DNA from: Clostridia bacterium
Lineage (GTDB): Bacteria > Bacillota > Clostridia > TANB77 > CAG-465
DNA length: 60,150 nucleotides
NCBI GenBank assembly: GCA_051886195.1
Contig: JBJEXW010000011.1
Span: 1-60,150 of the forward strand
Reading direction: 5' to 3'
Below the pieces are notes generated by a model. That model was not told the origin of the DNA. It saw only the letters and a list, made by a program, of their open reading frames with translations, and did no database searches. This document shows, one piece after another, positions 51,711-60,150 of the stretch; the first letter of the stretch is position 1; each line of letters opens with the position of its first letter. The position numbers and the translations under genes are program-made.

Positions 51711-51727
51711 TTTTTTAACTCCCCCAT

Positions 51728-52255
51728 CTATTTATTTTTATTGAATTTATTTAACTTATTTAAATTAACATTGTCTGTATTTCCCTTTAATGCAGTATTA
51801 AAATCATAAGTAGTATATGCAGTAGCAATATATTTTAAAAGTAATTTAACACCTTTTTTATCTTCTGTTTCTACTAATATGCTTTGCTCATCATCATTTA
51901 CTTCTTTTATAATTGCATTAAATTCCTTTAAGTCATCTTGCTTTTTAAATAATTTTACATGAATTTCTCTTCCTGTGTATTTCTTATATAACTTTAATGT
52001 CTTTAATTGTCTTTCAAGACCTGGTGATGAAACTTCAAGAACATATTCTTGCTTGATATTATTGTCTACAATATCTTCAATTGCCCTACTTACAGTTTCA
52101 CAATCATCTACCCACAGATTTTCTCCATCTTTATCTATGACCACTCTTAAAACATTGTTTGAACCTTCTTTTACAAATTCTACATATTCAAGTTCAAAAC
52201 CTAAATTATTTATTATTGGTTCAACTAATTCCCCTACTTTGATTTCAACTTTCAT
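51728..52255 (-). CDS. rimP: Ribosome maturation factor RimP
   Basis: LRVVIDK, DDCETVSR, YVLEVSSPGLER. Confidence 0.95.
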   Translation of the reverse strand: MKVEIKVGELVEPIINNLGFELEYVEFVKEGSNNVLRVVIDKDGENLWVDDCETVSRAIEDIVDNNIKQEYVLEVSSPGLERQLKTLKLYKKYTGREIHVKLFKKQDDLKEFNAIIKEVNDDEQSILVETEDKKGVKLLLKYIATAYTTYDFNTALKGNTDNVNLNKLNKFNKNK

Positions 52256-52277
52256 TTAATACCTCGTTTCTAAACAT

Positions 52278-52308
52278 AAGTGAGAGGATTTTAGCCACCC
52301 TCTCACTT
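52278..52308 (-). promoter_or_regulatory. rimP leader hairpin (putative attenuator)
   Basis: AAGTGAGAGG-n11-CCTCTCACTT between the promoter and the rimP SD. Confidence 0.65.
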
Positions 52309-52390
52309 CAGTTCACAGTGATTATATTATACTATAATTATTTAAAAAATGCAACATTTTATGTGATTTTTTTACATTAAATCTATATAT

Positions 52391-52828
52391 TTATGTAATA
52401 TTATTAAACGATTCGATAATTTCTATATTGTTCTTTTCAAATTCTTCTAATCTTCCTATTAGATTAAGTACATTTTTACTCCTTATCCTATAGTTTTCTT
52501 TTATTCTTTTTAAATCCATTACATTTACTTTTGCTGCCTCTTTAAAAAAGTCTAAATAATCTTCTACACTTTTTAAAGTATTTCGATTATTTCCTAGAGT
52601 TGCAGCAATACCTAAAACAGCATTTTTTGTTCCTCCAGCTTTCTTAGTTCTAATTTCTAGCATTCTTCTTAATGAAACACTAAATCTAGTATATTCTCTC
52701 ATTTGATATCTTATAAAACTATACATATAATCTTTAACATCTTTTTTCTTATACATATCTCTCAAAATTAATCTATGCATTTCAATGTTTGTCATTAAAT
52801 ATTTTATAGCTTCTATTTCTTCATTCAT
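52391..52828 (-). CDS. Hypothetical helical protein
   Basis: 145-aa ORF with GGTGA SD; no family recognised. Confidence 0.6.
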   Translation of the reverse strand: MNEEIEAIKYLMTNIEMHRLILRDMYKKKDVKDYMYSFIRYQMREYTRFSVSLRRMLEIRTKKAGGTKNAVLGIAATLGNNRNTLKSVEDYLDFFKEAAKVNVMDLKRIKENYRIRSKNVLNLIGRLEEFEKNNIEIIESFNNIT

Positions 52829-52906
52829 AATTTTTTTATCACCATTAAATATTATTTACAAAATAACAAATAAAGATACCCAAAGTTTGAGTATCTTTAT
52901 TGTAAT

Positions 52907-53467
52907 TTATTTCTTTTTTACTGAGAATCCAAATTTACCAAGTTGTTCGCCTAGTGAATAATAATGACCATGAGAATAAGCTATCAACTTACATTTTTGC
53001 ATATCAAATCTACCATTTTCGTCTATATATTTTTCATCTACATCTACAGCAAGTACTCTCGCAATAAACATATCATGAGAACCTAATTCTTTTATTTCTT
53101 CAACTTTACATTCTATTACAACAGGACTTTTCTTTATTATTGGTACATCTATTTGAGATGCTTTTTCTATTTCCAAATTTAACGCCTTAAACTTATTTTC
53201 ATTTTTTCCAGACTTAACTCCACAATAATCTGTTGCATATGCAAGTTCTTCTGTAGTTAAATTAATGCAAAATACACCACTATTTTTAATAATGTCATAT
53301 GAATATCTCTCTTTTCTAACAGAAATATACGTCATTGCTGGATCAGAACATATTGTTCCAGTCCATGCAACTGTAAATACATTTTCTTTTTGACCATCTT
53401 TACATGTAATTAATACTGCAGGTACTGGATATACTAATGTACCTGGCTTCCAAGTTTGTCTTGACAT
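52907..53467 (-). CDS. Flavin reductase-like family protein
   Basis: YPVPAVLIT, TVAWTG, TDYCGVKSG, LGSHDMF. Confidence 0.9.
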   Translation of the reverse strand: MSRQTWKPGTLVYPVPAVLITCKDGQKENVFTVAWTGTICSDPAMTYISVRKERYSYDIIKNSGVFCINLTTEELAYATDYCGVKSGKNENKFKALNLEIEKASQIDVPIIKKSPVVIECKVEEIKELGSHDMFIARVLAVDVDEKYIDENGRFDMQKCKLIAYSHGHYYSLGEQLGKFGFSVKKK

Positions 53468-53478
53468 ATTTTCCTCCT

Positions 53479-54021
53479 TTAAATCCCATATTTATTTGTT
53501 ATTTTATCTTTAAATATTTCAAATCTAGGTGGTATAAAAGTAAATACTATAAAAGTTATTATCATAAAAAGATTTAAATACTTAAATACGTCCTCATTTT
53601 TTGAAGATATTTTAAATTTATTTTGAACAATGTATTCAATTAATTCTGAACAAATTATGCTAATATAAAATATAATTATATCTATTACTACACTCTCTAT
53701 TTTAGTTATTGCTTGATAGCTATAAAAAAACGTAGGTATTAGTATTATTATTGTAATAACTTTAAAAAATAAAGACGACCATAAATTACATTTTCTTTCT
53801 TCAATTATCCACATTTTAACAAGTGCTACAATATATGTTGGTATTACAGCAATTTTTATATGTTCCCATACACTTTCATTTACTGCACTAAATATTGCAA
53901 CTAAAAAATTTTTGCCTGAAAATTCATACAAAAAATGTAACAAAGTGCCAATTATACTAATTGCTACTATATCTATTAAAAATTCTTTACCAAACAATTT
54001 TAACTCTCTACATATTCTCAT
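53479..54021 (-). CDS. DUF6512-like membrane protein
   Basis: GTLLHFLYE, VNESVWEHIK, FTFIPP. Confidence 0.7.
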   Translation of the reverse strand: MRICRELKLFGKEFLIDIVAISIIGTLLHFLYEFSGKNFLVAIFSAVNESVWEHIKIAVIPTYIVALVKMWIIEERKCNLWSSLFFKVITIIILIPTFFYSYQAITKIESVVIDIIIFYISIICSELIEYIVQNKFKISSKNEDVFKYLNLFMIITFIVFTFIPPRFEIFKDKITNKYGI

Positions 54022-54056
54022 ACTATATTAATATGCAAAGAGTTAATTTATATGTA

Positions 54057-55112
54057 TTAATGTGTTTTTAATTTTTTGCGTTTTCTACCTAATTTCCTTT
54101 TAAGTGGCATTCCAACAGTATACATGAAATATACAATTGGATTATATACTTTGTTTATTTCACCTATATATTCTTCTAATCCTTCTTCTCTACAAAATCC
54201 AATTTTGAATTTGTATAATCCATTATTTGGATCTAAATTTAAAACACCACCAAAATTATATGTCTTGCAATTTGTTTCTAATCCCCATCTTATCATTGCC
54301 ATTTGCATAGCATAATTTGGCATTAAATTTCTTTTAACATTAGAGCTAGCACCATATACGTAAAATAATTCTCCACCTATATTGGTAGCAATTGCAGCAG
54401 CTAATGCTTCTCCCTCATGTTCTGCTATATATATTCTTAGTTTTGTTTCATCATACGCATCTAGCATTCTTTCAAAATAGTCATAATCTCTGCAACCAAT
54501 TTTATCTCTAATTGTTGTTATTTTATATATTTCATAAAACTTCTTTAAATCTTCTTTAGTTCTTGAATATCTAACAGTGACACCTTTTCTTCCAGAAAGT
54601 CTAATATTATACCTTGTTTTTTCTGCGAAACTCTTCATAAGTTCTTCTTCTGTTTTTCCATCTATATTTAGAACCATATTATGTCCTGGTTGAATTAAAT
54701 AATCTGGATCAGGCTTGTATCCTGTTGTTTTATATTTTGCTTTTTTATACATTTTATCTAATTTATCATCATAAAGAACTTGTGGATCAAATTTTAGCAT
54801 ACATGCATTATACTTTTTTACTAAAGGATCTGCTTCTTTTATTAACTTATTTACTAAATCAATATCATAAACGTCACAAACAGGACCACGAGGTGAATAT
54901 ATTATTGTTGAATGAAATGGTATTTTTTGTACAAGTAACATCATAGCTGCAATAATTTTTCCATTTTCTTTTAAATATATAGCCTCTTGTTTCCAATTAT
55001 TTTTTACTTTTCCCCAATTTAAATCCTGCATAAAACTTGTTCCTACACGATTTAAAATAAAGTCTTCATATTCTTTTACTTCCTCTTTATTATTAAAATC
55101 TAATATTGGCAT
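54057..55112 (-). CDS. FemAB/FemX/MurM-family peptidoglycan bridge aminoacyltransferase
   Basis: FMQ...WGKVK, YSPRGP, KTRYNIRL, YVYGAS, GLYKFK. Confidence 0.9.
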   Translation of the reverse strand: MPILDFNNKEEVKEYEDFILNRVGTSFMQDLNWGKVKNNWKQEAIYLKENGKIIAAMMLLVQKIPFHSTIIYSPRGPVCDVYDIDLVNKLIKEADPLVKKYNACMLKFDPQVLYDDKLDKMYKKAKYKTTGYKPDPDYLIQPGHNMVLNIDGKTEEELMKSFAEKTRYNIRLSGRKGVTVRYSRTKEDLKKFYEIYKITTIRDKIGCRDYDYFERMLDAYDETKLRIYIAEHEGEALAAAIATNIGGELFYVYGASSNVKRNLMPNYAMQMAMIRWGLETNCKTYNFGGVLNLDPNNGLYKFKIGFCREEGLEEYIGEINKVYNPIVYFMYTVGMPLKRKLGRKRKKLKTH

Positions 55113-55122
55113 TTGTTTCCCC

Positions 55123-56511
55123 CTATATTTTTTCTATCATTTGTCCTTGCCTTGTATCTTTGACATCATAACCTAATTTTTTAATTTCATTTCTAATTTC
55201 ATCTGATAATTTATAATCTTTATTTTCTCTTGCAATTTTTCTTTGGTGTAATAATTCTTCAACTTCTTTTGGATATTCTATTGTATTTTCTTCTTTGTCC
55301 AAATCTAAAGATAATATGCTATCAAACTTCATTAACAATTCATAATAATCTCTAGACTTATTTTTTTCTTTTGCTACATCCCAAACAACAGCAATTGCAA
55401 GAGGCATATTTATATCGTCATTTATTGCTGACTCAAATCTTTGTGTATATTCTTCTATTTTTTGTTCATCTGCTTTTTCAGTTCCACTTTTGTGTTGCTT
55501 AGTAGCTTCTCTAAGTCTATTTAAGGCAACTTGTGCAGATTTTATTGCATCCCATGTAAAATTTAATTTTGTTCTATAATGGGCTGAAAAAGTAAAATAT
55601 CTGTAAGCTAATGGCTCAATTCCTTCTTTTTCTAAATCTGAAATTGTATAAACATTTTTTAAACTTTTTGACATTTTTCCACCATTAATTTGTAGAAACT
55701 CTACGTGCATCCAAGTTTTTGCTGGAATATGTCCTGTCGCACCAATTGACTGAGCTATCTCATTTTCATGATGTATTGGAATATGATCTACTCCACCTGT
55801 ATGTATATCAAAGACATCACCTAAATATTTTCTAGACATAGCTGAACATTCAATATGCCAACCAGGATAACAAAGTCCCATAAAGCTATCCCATTTCATA
55901 ATATGTTCCTTTGGTGCCTTAATCCAGATTGCAAAATCTTGTGGATTTCTTTTTTCTTTATCTACTTCAATTCTTGCTCCAGATTTTAATTCCTCTATTA
56001 CATTATTAGATAATATTCTTCCATATTCTTTAATTTTAGATGTATCAAAATATACTCCTTTAGATGTCTCATACGCATATCCATTTTTTATTATTTCTTT
56101 TACATATTCTTCCATCTCTTTAATATGATCTGTTGCTTTGGCTAACACTTCTGTATCTTCTATATTTAGCTTTTTAAAATCTTTTTGATATGCTTCAGTA
56201 TACATTTTTGCTATTTCGTATACACTTTTATTTTGTTCTCTTGCAGATTTAGCCATTTTATCCTCGCCTTCATCTGCATCTGATACCAAATGTCCAACAT
56301 CTGTTATATTCATTACATGCATTAGTTTATATCCATCATATTTTAAAACTTTTCTTAAAGTATCCATAAATATATAGGTTCTCATATTTCCAATATGTGC
56401 ATAATTATATACAGTTAAACCACATGAGTACATTCTAACAAGATTATTTTCTTTATCTAGAGGTTCAAATTCCTCTTTCTTTTTTGTGAGAGTATTATAT
56501 AGTTTTAGCAT
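55123..56511 (-). CDS. cysS: Cysteine--tRNA ligase
   Basis: CGLTVY..AHIGN, NITDV, PGWHIECSAM, HHENE, KMSKS. Confidence 0.98.
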   Translation of the reverse strand: MLKLYNTLTKKKEEFEPLDKENNLVRMYSCGLTVYNYAHIGNMRTYIFMDTLRKVLKYDGYKLMHVMNITDVGHLVSDADEGEDKMAKSAREQNKSVYEIAKMYTEAYQKDFKKLNIEDTEVLAKATDHIKEMEEYVKEIIKNGYAYETSKGVYFDTSKIKEYGRILSNNVIEELKSGARIEVDKEKRNPQDFAIWIKAPKEHIMKWDSFMGLCYPGWHIECSAMSRKYLGDVFDIHTGGVDHIPIHHENEIAQSIGATGHIPAKTWMHVEFLQINGGKMSKSLKNVYTISDLEKEGIEPLAYRYFTFSAHYRTKLNFTWDAIKSAQVALNRLREATKQHKSGTEKADEQKIEEYTQRFESAINDDINMPLAIAVVWDVAKEKNKSRDYYELLMKFDSILSLDLDKEENTIEYPKEVEELLHQRKIARENKDYKLSDEIRNEIKKLGYDVKDTRQGQMIEKI

Positions 56512-56688
56512 ACTATAGCCACCTTTCTAGTCTAGTATATTATATACTAAATTACCTTTTTTTTCAATTATATGTCAAATATAATTAGCTTTTTACTAAA
56601 ATATATTTATATAGATAAATAATTATATTTGTTTATTGAAAAAAATTTTTTAATAATATATAATTTATTATATATCAAGGAGGATTTT

Positions 56689-57744
56689 ATGGAAAAAGTA
56701 AAGAATATTTTTGGAGCTTTTTTTGATGTAAATTCATTCTCAATTAAAAAATTAATTATAGCTATATTATTTCTTTTTGGCTTTTATGTTTTAAAAGGTT
56801 TATTTTCTACTTTAATTATTAAAATATTTAAAGTAAAAGGAAAAGAAAACATAAAATCTAATAGTTTTTATAAGCCACTAAGAATTTTCTTTGGTAGTCT
56901 AGGACTATATATATCTCTAATGATTTTAGGTCCAACTGAAGGATTTAAAGCAATAATAAATAAAATTCTAAGATTGTTAATTATCATTTTATGTACTTAT
57001 TCTCTTGGCAATATTGTTTCGCCAAAATCTAAATTTGAAAAAAATTTAAGAAAAAAAATTACAAGAGCCAATGATGCAATGATAAGGATGATTTGTAAAT
57101 CACTTAAAGTCCTAATATATGTTTTTGGTGGTGTAATTCTAATTAGCGAACTTGGATATAATATTAGCGGTCTTATCGCTGGACTTGGAATTAGTGGTGT
57201 GGCAATAGCACTTGCTGCTCAAGATACTGCTTCAAATATTTTAGGTGCATTAATGATAATATTAGATAAGCCATTTGAAGTTGGAGATTGGATCTGTGTT
57301 GGCACTACCGAAGGAAGTGTAGAAGAATTTACCTTTAGAAGTACTAGAATTAGAGAAGCCAAAAACTCAGTTGTATCCATTCCTAATTCAACAGTAGTAA
57401 ATTCATCTATTACTAACTGGAGTAGACTTCAAAAAAGAAGAATTAATATAGATTTAGTATTAGAATTTAGCACTACTCTAAAAAAAGTAGCTGACGTTCA
57501 AAATGATATTTTAATTTACTTAGAAAACGAACAAAATATTTTAAATGATGGATTATTTGTTAAATTTAGCGATATAAAAGACGATGGTTATAATTTAAAA
57601 ATAGTATGCTTTACTCCGATAATTAATTATTTAGATTATATGGCATATTTAGATACAGTAAATTATAAAATAATGAGTATATTAAATAAAAATAAAGTTT
57701 CTCTTGCATACAATTCACAAACGATTTATCTTAGGGAAAGTTAA
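56689..57744 (+). CDS. MscS-family mechanosensitive channel
   Basis: GLG..GVAIALAAQD, DKPFEVGDWI, EGSVE..FRSTRIR, IPNS; ATG 56689 behind AAGGAGG. Confidence 0.92.
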   Translation: MEKVKNIFGAFFDVNSFSIKKLIIAILFLFGFYVLKGLFSTLIIKIFKVKGKENIKSNSFYKPLRIFFGSLGLYISLMILGPTEGFKAIINKILRLLIIILCTYSLGNIVSPKSKFEKNLRKKITRANDAMIRMICKSLKVLIYVFGGVILISELGYNISGLIAGLGISGVAIALAAQDTASNILGALMIILDKPFEVGDWICVGTTEGSVEEFTFRSTRIREAKNSVVSIPNSTVVNSSITNWSRLQKRRINIDLVLEFSTTLKKVADVQNDILIYLENEQNILNDGLFVKFSDIKDDGYNLKIVCFTPIINYLDYMAYLDTVNYKIMSILNKNKVSLAYNSQTIYLRES

Positions 57745-57773
57745 AAAAAGTACCGACTATCGGTACTTTTTTT
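57745..57773. terminator. Bidirectional terminator
   Basis: AAAAAGTACCGA-CTA-TCGGTACTTTTTT. Confidence 0.85.
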
Positions 57774-57775
57774 AA

Positions 57776-58333
57776 CTACATTTCTATCATATTGTATACT
57801 AATGTGTTAGAGTCAAACTTATATAATACAGACATATCTATTGACATTGCATATTTAGATATAAAATTTGATTCATTTCCTTTTTCTTCATATACAGCAA
57901 ATACTAAACAATTTTTTTCTGCAATTGTAGTTGTTACTTGATTAAACATAATACTAATATTAGACATATCTACATTTATTCCTAACTTTTCATTTGGTAT
58001 ACTTCTGAATTTATTCTCAATGTCTTGCTTTAAATTTGTTAATGTACTTTGATCAATAATATCTCCAGTTTCATTTATATATTCATTTGTAGTCTGAGTA
58101 TAATCTTGTGGGACATTATATGGATTGCCGTCATATTCTATATCTTGTGAATTTGATATTACTTTTCCTTCATCAATAACATTATTTGTTCCATCTAAAG
58201 TTATCTCTTGTTTATTATCTTTTCTAAGACATTTTACTAAAATTACTATACCTACAATGATTAATATTACAAGTAAAATAACTATTACTAGTCTTAATCT
58301 ATTAACTTTTATTTTATTTTTCATAAATCTCAC
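57776..58333 (-). CDS. Membrane-anchored hypothetical protein
   Basis: Basic N-terminus, single TM, acidic extracellular domain. Confidence 0.65.
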   Translation of the reverse strand: MRFMKNKIKVNRLRLVIVILLVILIIVGIVILVKCLRKDNKQEITLDGTNNVIDEGKVISNSQDIEYDGNPYNVPQDYTQTTNEYINETGDIIDQSTLTNLKQDIENKFRSIPNEKLGINVDMSNISIMFNQVTTTIAEKNCLVFAVYEEKGNESNFISKYAMSIDMSVLYKFDSNTLVYNMIEM

Positions 58334-58367
58334 CTAGAAAAATTATACCAAAATATTCTAAAAAAAT

Positions 58368-59252
58368 CTACTCATTTTTATATAATTCTATTTTTCCTTC
58401 ACTATTGCTTTTTAAAATATCTAACCAGATTGAGTTCTCTATATTTCTTTTCTTTTTTGGATGTACTAAAAATCTTAAATATAATTCAATATGAGAGTCT
58501 ACTACTTCAACATATATTATTGGTTCTAAGTTATTAAAATATATTCTATATTCTGTTGAAGCATCATTTACTTCATTTTCCATTTTATTTGGTATATTTC
58601 TTACTATACTATTCTTTTTTATAATTCTATACAATTCCTTCTTTGTCTTATATACATCTGAATCTAAAGGAATTTTTATCTTTATTTCATCCCATATATA
58701 TTTAAACGCCTTTACATAATTTTTTACCGGATAAGTAAATACAAGCGAATTTGGAACATGAATTATTCTTCCTGTACTTTGCTCTCCATTTACTCTATCT
58801 CCTATTTCTAACAGGTCAAATCCAGTTTTATTTATATTTACTACATCTCCTTTTATACCATTTATCTCAATTCTATCTTCTAAGGAAAATAGCCTACTCG
58901 TTCTAATATATATTCCAGAGAAAAAATTAAAGATTATATCTTTTAAGGATAAAGTAATAGCTGTTGAAATAAACGTAATAAGTGTAAGGAAATTCTTCAA
59001 ATAATCCACCCAAACTAAAGATAATAAAGCAAAAGTTACTATAGTAGAAATAGTACTCCATTTTTTATTATACATATATTTCTCTTTTGAATTTAGGTCT
59101 TTTTTTAAAACAAGCTTTAAAGCTATATAATGTATTAACTTTACTACTAAAATAATTATTATTGAGACAATAATTAAATATATATAATTGCTCTTAATCG
59201 TTGTTATAGATTCGATTTTATTACAAAATTCTTTTAATATTCTCATTAACAT
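58368..59252 (-). CDS. MscS-family mechanosensitive channel (second paralog)
   Basis: FSLEDRIEING..GDV, QSTGRIIHVPNS, YIWDEI. Confidence 0.88.
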   Translation of the reverse strand: MLMRILKEFCNKIESITTIKSNYIYLIIVSIIIILVVKLIHYIALKLVLKKDLNSKEKYMYNKKWSTISTIVTFALLSLVWVDYLKNFLTLITFISTAITLSLKDIIFNFFSGIYIRTSRLFSLEDRIEINGIKGDVVNINKTGFDLLEIGDRVNGEQSTGRIIHVPNSLVFTYPVKNYVKAFKYIWDEIKIKIPLDSDVYKTKKELYRIIKKNSIVRNIPNKMENEVNDASTEYRIYFNNLEPIIYVEVVDSHIELYLRFLVHPKKKRNIENSIWLDILKSNSEGKIELYKNE

Positions 59253-59389
59253 CTTCTCCTTAACTATAATATATATATCACTTTAAAATAAATAATATTA
59301 TAACATTATTATTATGGTTTTACTAGCTTTTTCACAATAATTTCACTTAATATCGTTAACATAAAAATAATGCAGACTAAATGTCTACA

Positions 59390-59770
59390 TTATATGCTTT
59401 TAAAACCTCTACATACTTTTTTTACATAAAAATTTTCACGATATTTTAATAAATTAATTTTTAAATATTTTAATTGTTCATTGGTACAATATATCTTTAC
59501 GCCAACGTCTTCTCCTAGTATATCTAGTTCAAAATCTACATTGCTAATTGGTATATTATTATCTGAACATATATTAATTATAATTTTTGTAATACTAGCA
59601 GGACTTGTGTATGAATAATCTAAAGAATTATTTTTATACTTTCTTATGTTTTCAATAAATAAAGTATACTTTTTATATCCTCTAAATTTAAATAGTAAAT
59701 AATAATGATTAGCCATTATACCAATTATAATTCCTATAAATAATGTTAAAATATAAATAATTATCTTCAT
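59390..59770 (-). CDS. Hypothetical protein with N-terminal TM
   Basis: AAGGAGG SD; 126 aa. Confidence 0.6.
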   Translation of the reverse strand: MKIIIYILTLFIGIIIGIMANHYYLLFKFRGYKKYTLFIENIRKYKNNSLDYSYTSPASITKIIINICSDNNIPISNVDFELDILGEDVGVKIYCTNEQLKYLKINLLKYRENFYVKKVCRGFKSI

Positions 59771-59890
59771 ATTTTCTACCTCCTTAATATTAATTTAGAA
59801 GTATTAACATTTATAGCTAAAAAATTATAACATTATTAGTATTATATGTCAACTAAAAAAGAAAAAAAGCTAGGGAGAACCTAGCTAATG

Positions 59891-59965
59891 TGGCTCCTCA
59901 AGTAGGGCTCGAACCTACGACCCTTCGGTTAACAGCCGAATGCTCTACCGCTGAGCTATTGAGGA
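59891..59965 (-). tRNA. tRNA-Asn(GTT)
   Basis: TCCTCAATAGCTCAGCGGTAGAGCATTCGGCTGTTAACCGAAGGGTCGTAGGTTCGAGCCCTACTTGAGGAGCCA; cloverleaf, encoded CCA, terminator downstream. Confidence 0.97.
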
Positions 59966-60111
59966 ATATTTTTTCTATACCAATATAATATCATTAGAAA
60001 TAAAAAATGTAAATAGTATTTACAAAAAAAAATAATTTTTTTCTTAAATTACTAAGTTTAATACAATTATAATTAAAAACAAAAAAGCTAGGAAATAAAT
60101 CCTAGCTATTC

Positions 60112-60150
60112 TGGCTCCTCAAGTAGGGCTCGAACCTACGACCCTTCGGT
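60112..60150 (-). tRNA. Second tRNA-Asn copy (3' half only; truncated by the window edge)
   Basis: 39 nt identical to 59891-59929; has its own terminator hairpin AGCTAGG..CCTAGCT. Confidence 0.8.

Noticed and set aside
2481-58337. Numerous 60-130 aa ORFs nested in or antisense to long genes
   Set aside because: Shadow ORFs with no SD or family motifs that overlap confidently assigned CDSs

Overview
This is a very AT-rich chromosomal segment from a spore-forming, Clostridia-like Firmicute, probably an uncultured gut lineage (taxonomy inferred from gene content). Housekeeping genes include mscL, hup, asd, cysE, cobB, leuA-ilvE, the rimP-nusA-ylxR-infB-rbfA-nrnA-truB operon, a FemAB-family gene, cysS, two MscS genes, a GerA-type germinant receptor operon and two tandem tRNA-Asn genes. 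Accessory loci include a Spo0A-like regulator/secreted protein/ABC exporter module, a FIST-aldehyde dehydrogenase-FucO operon, a rifampin-phosphotransferase-like kinase and two giant SpaA-repeat surface proteins. I saw no transposase, integrase, prophage or CRISPR array. The best leads are: (1) two genes broken by one extra base, each with an NGG codon overlapping a +1-frame Gly codon, one of them the only in-frame CGG I found, suggesting possible +1 recoding; (2) an unannotated Leu-rich leader peptide with a complete 1:2/2:3/3:4 attenuator upstream of leuA; (3) a thioester-domain adhesin paralog with Ser in place of the reactive Cys; (4) an unannotated small basic ORF resembling ribosome-rescue factors. 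All assignments are by eye; no searches were run.
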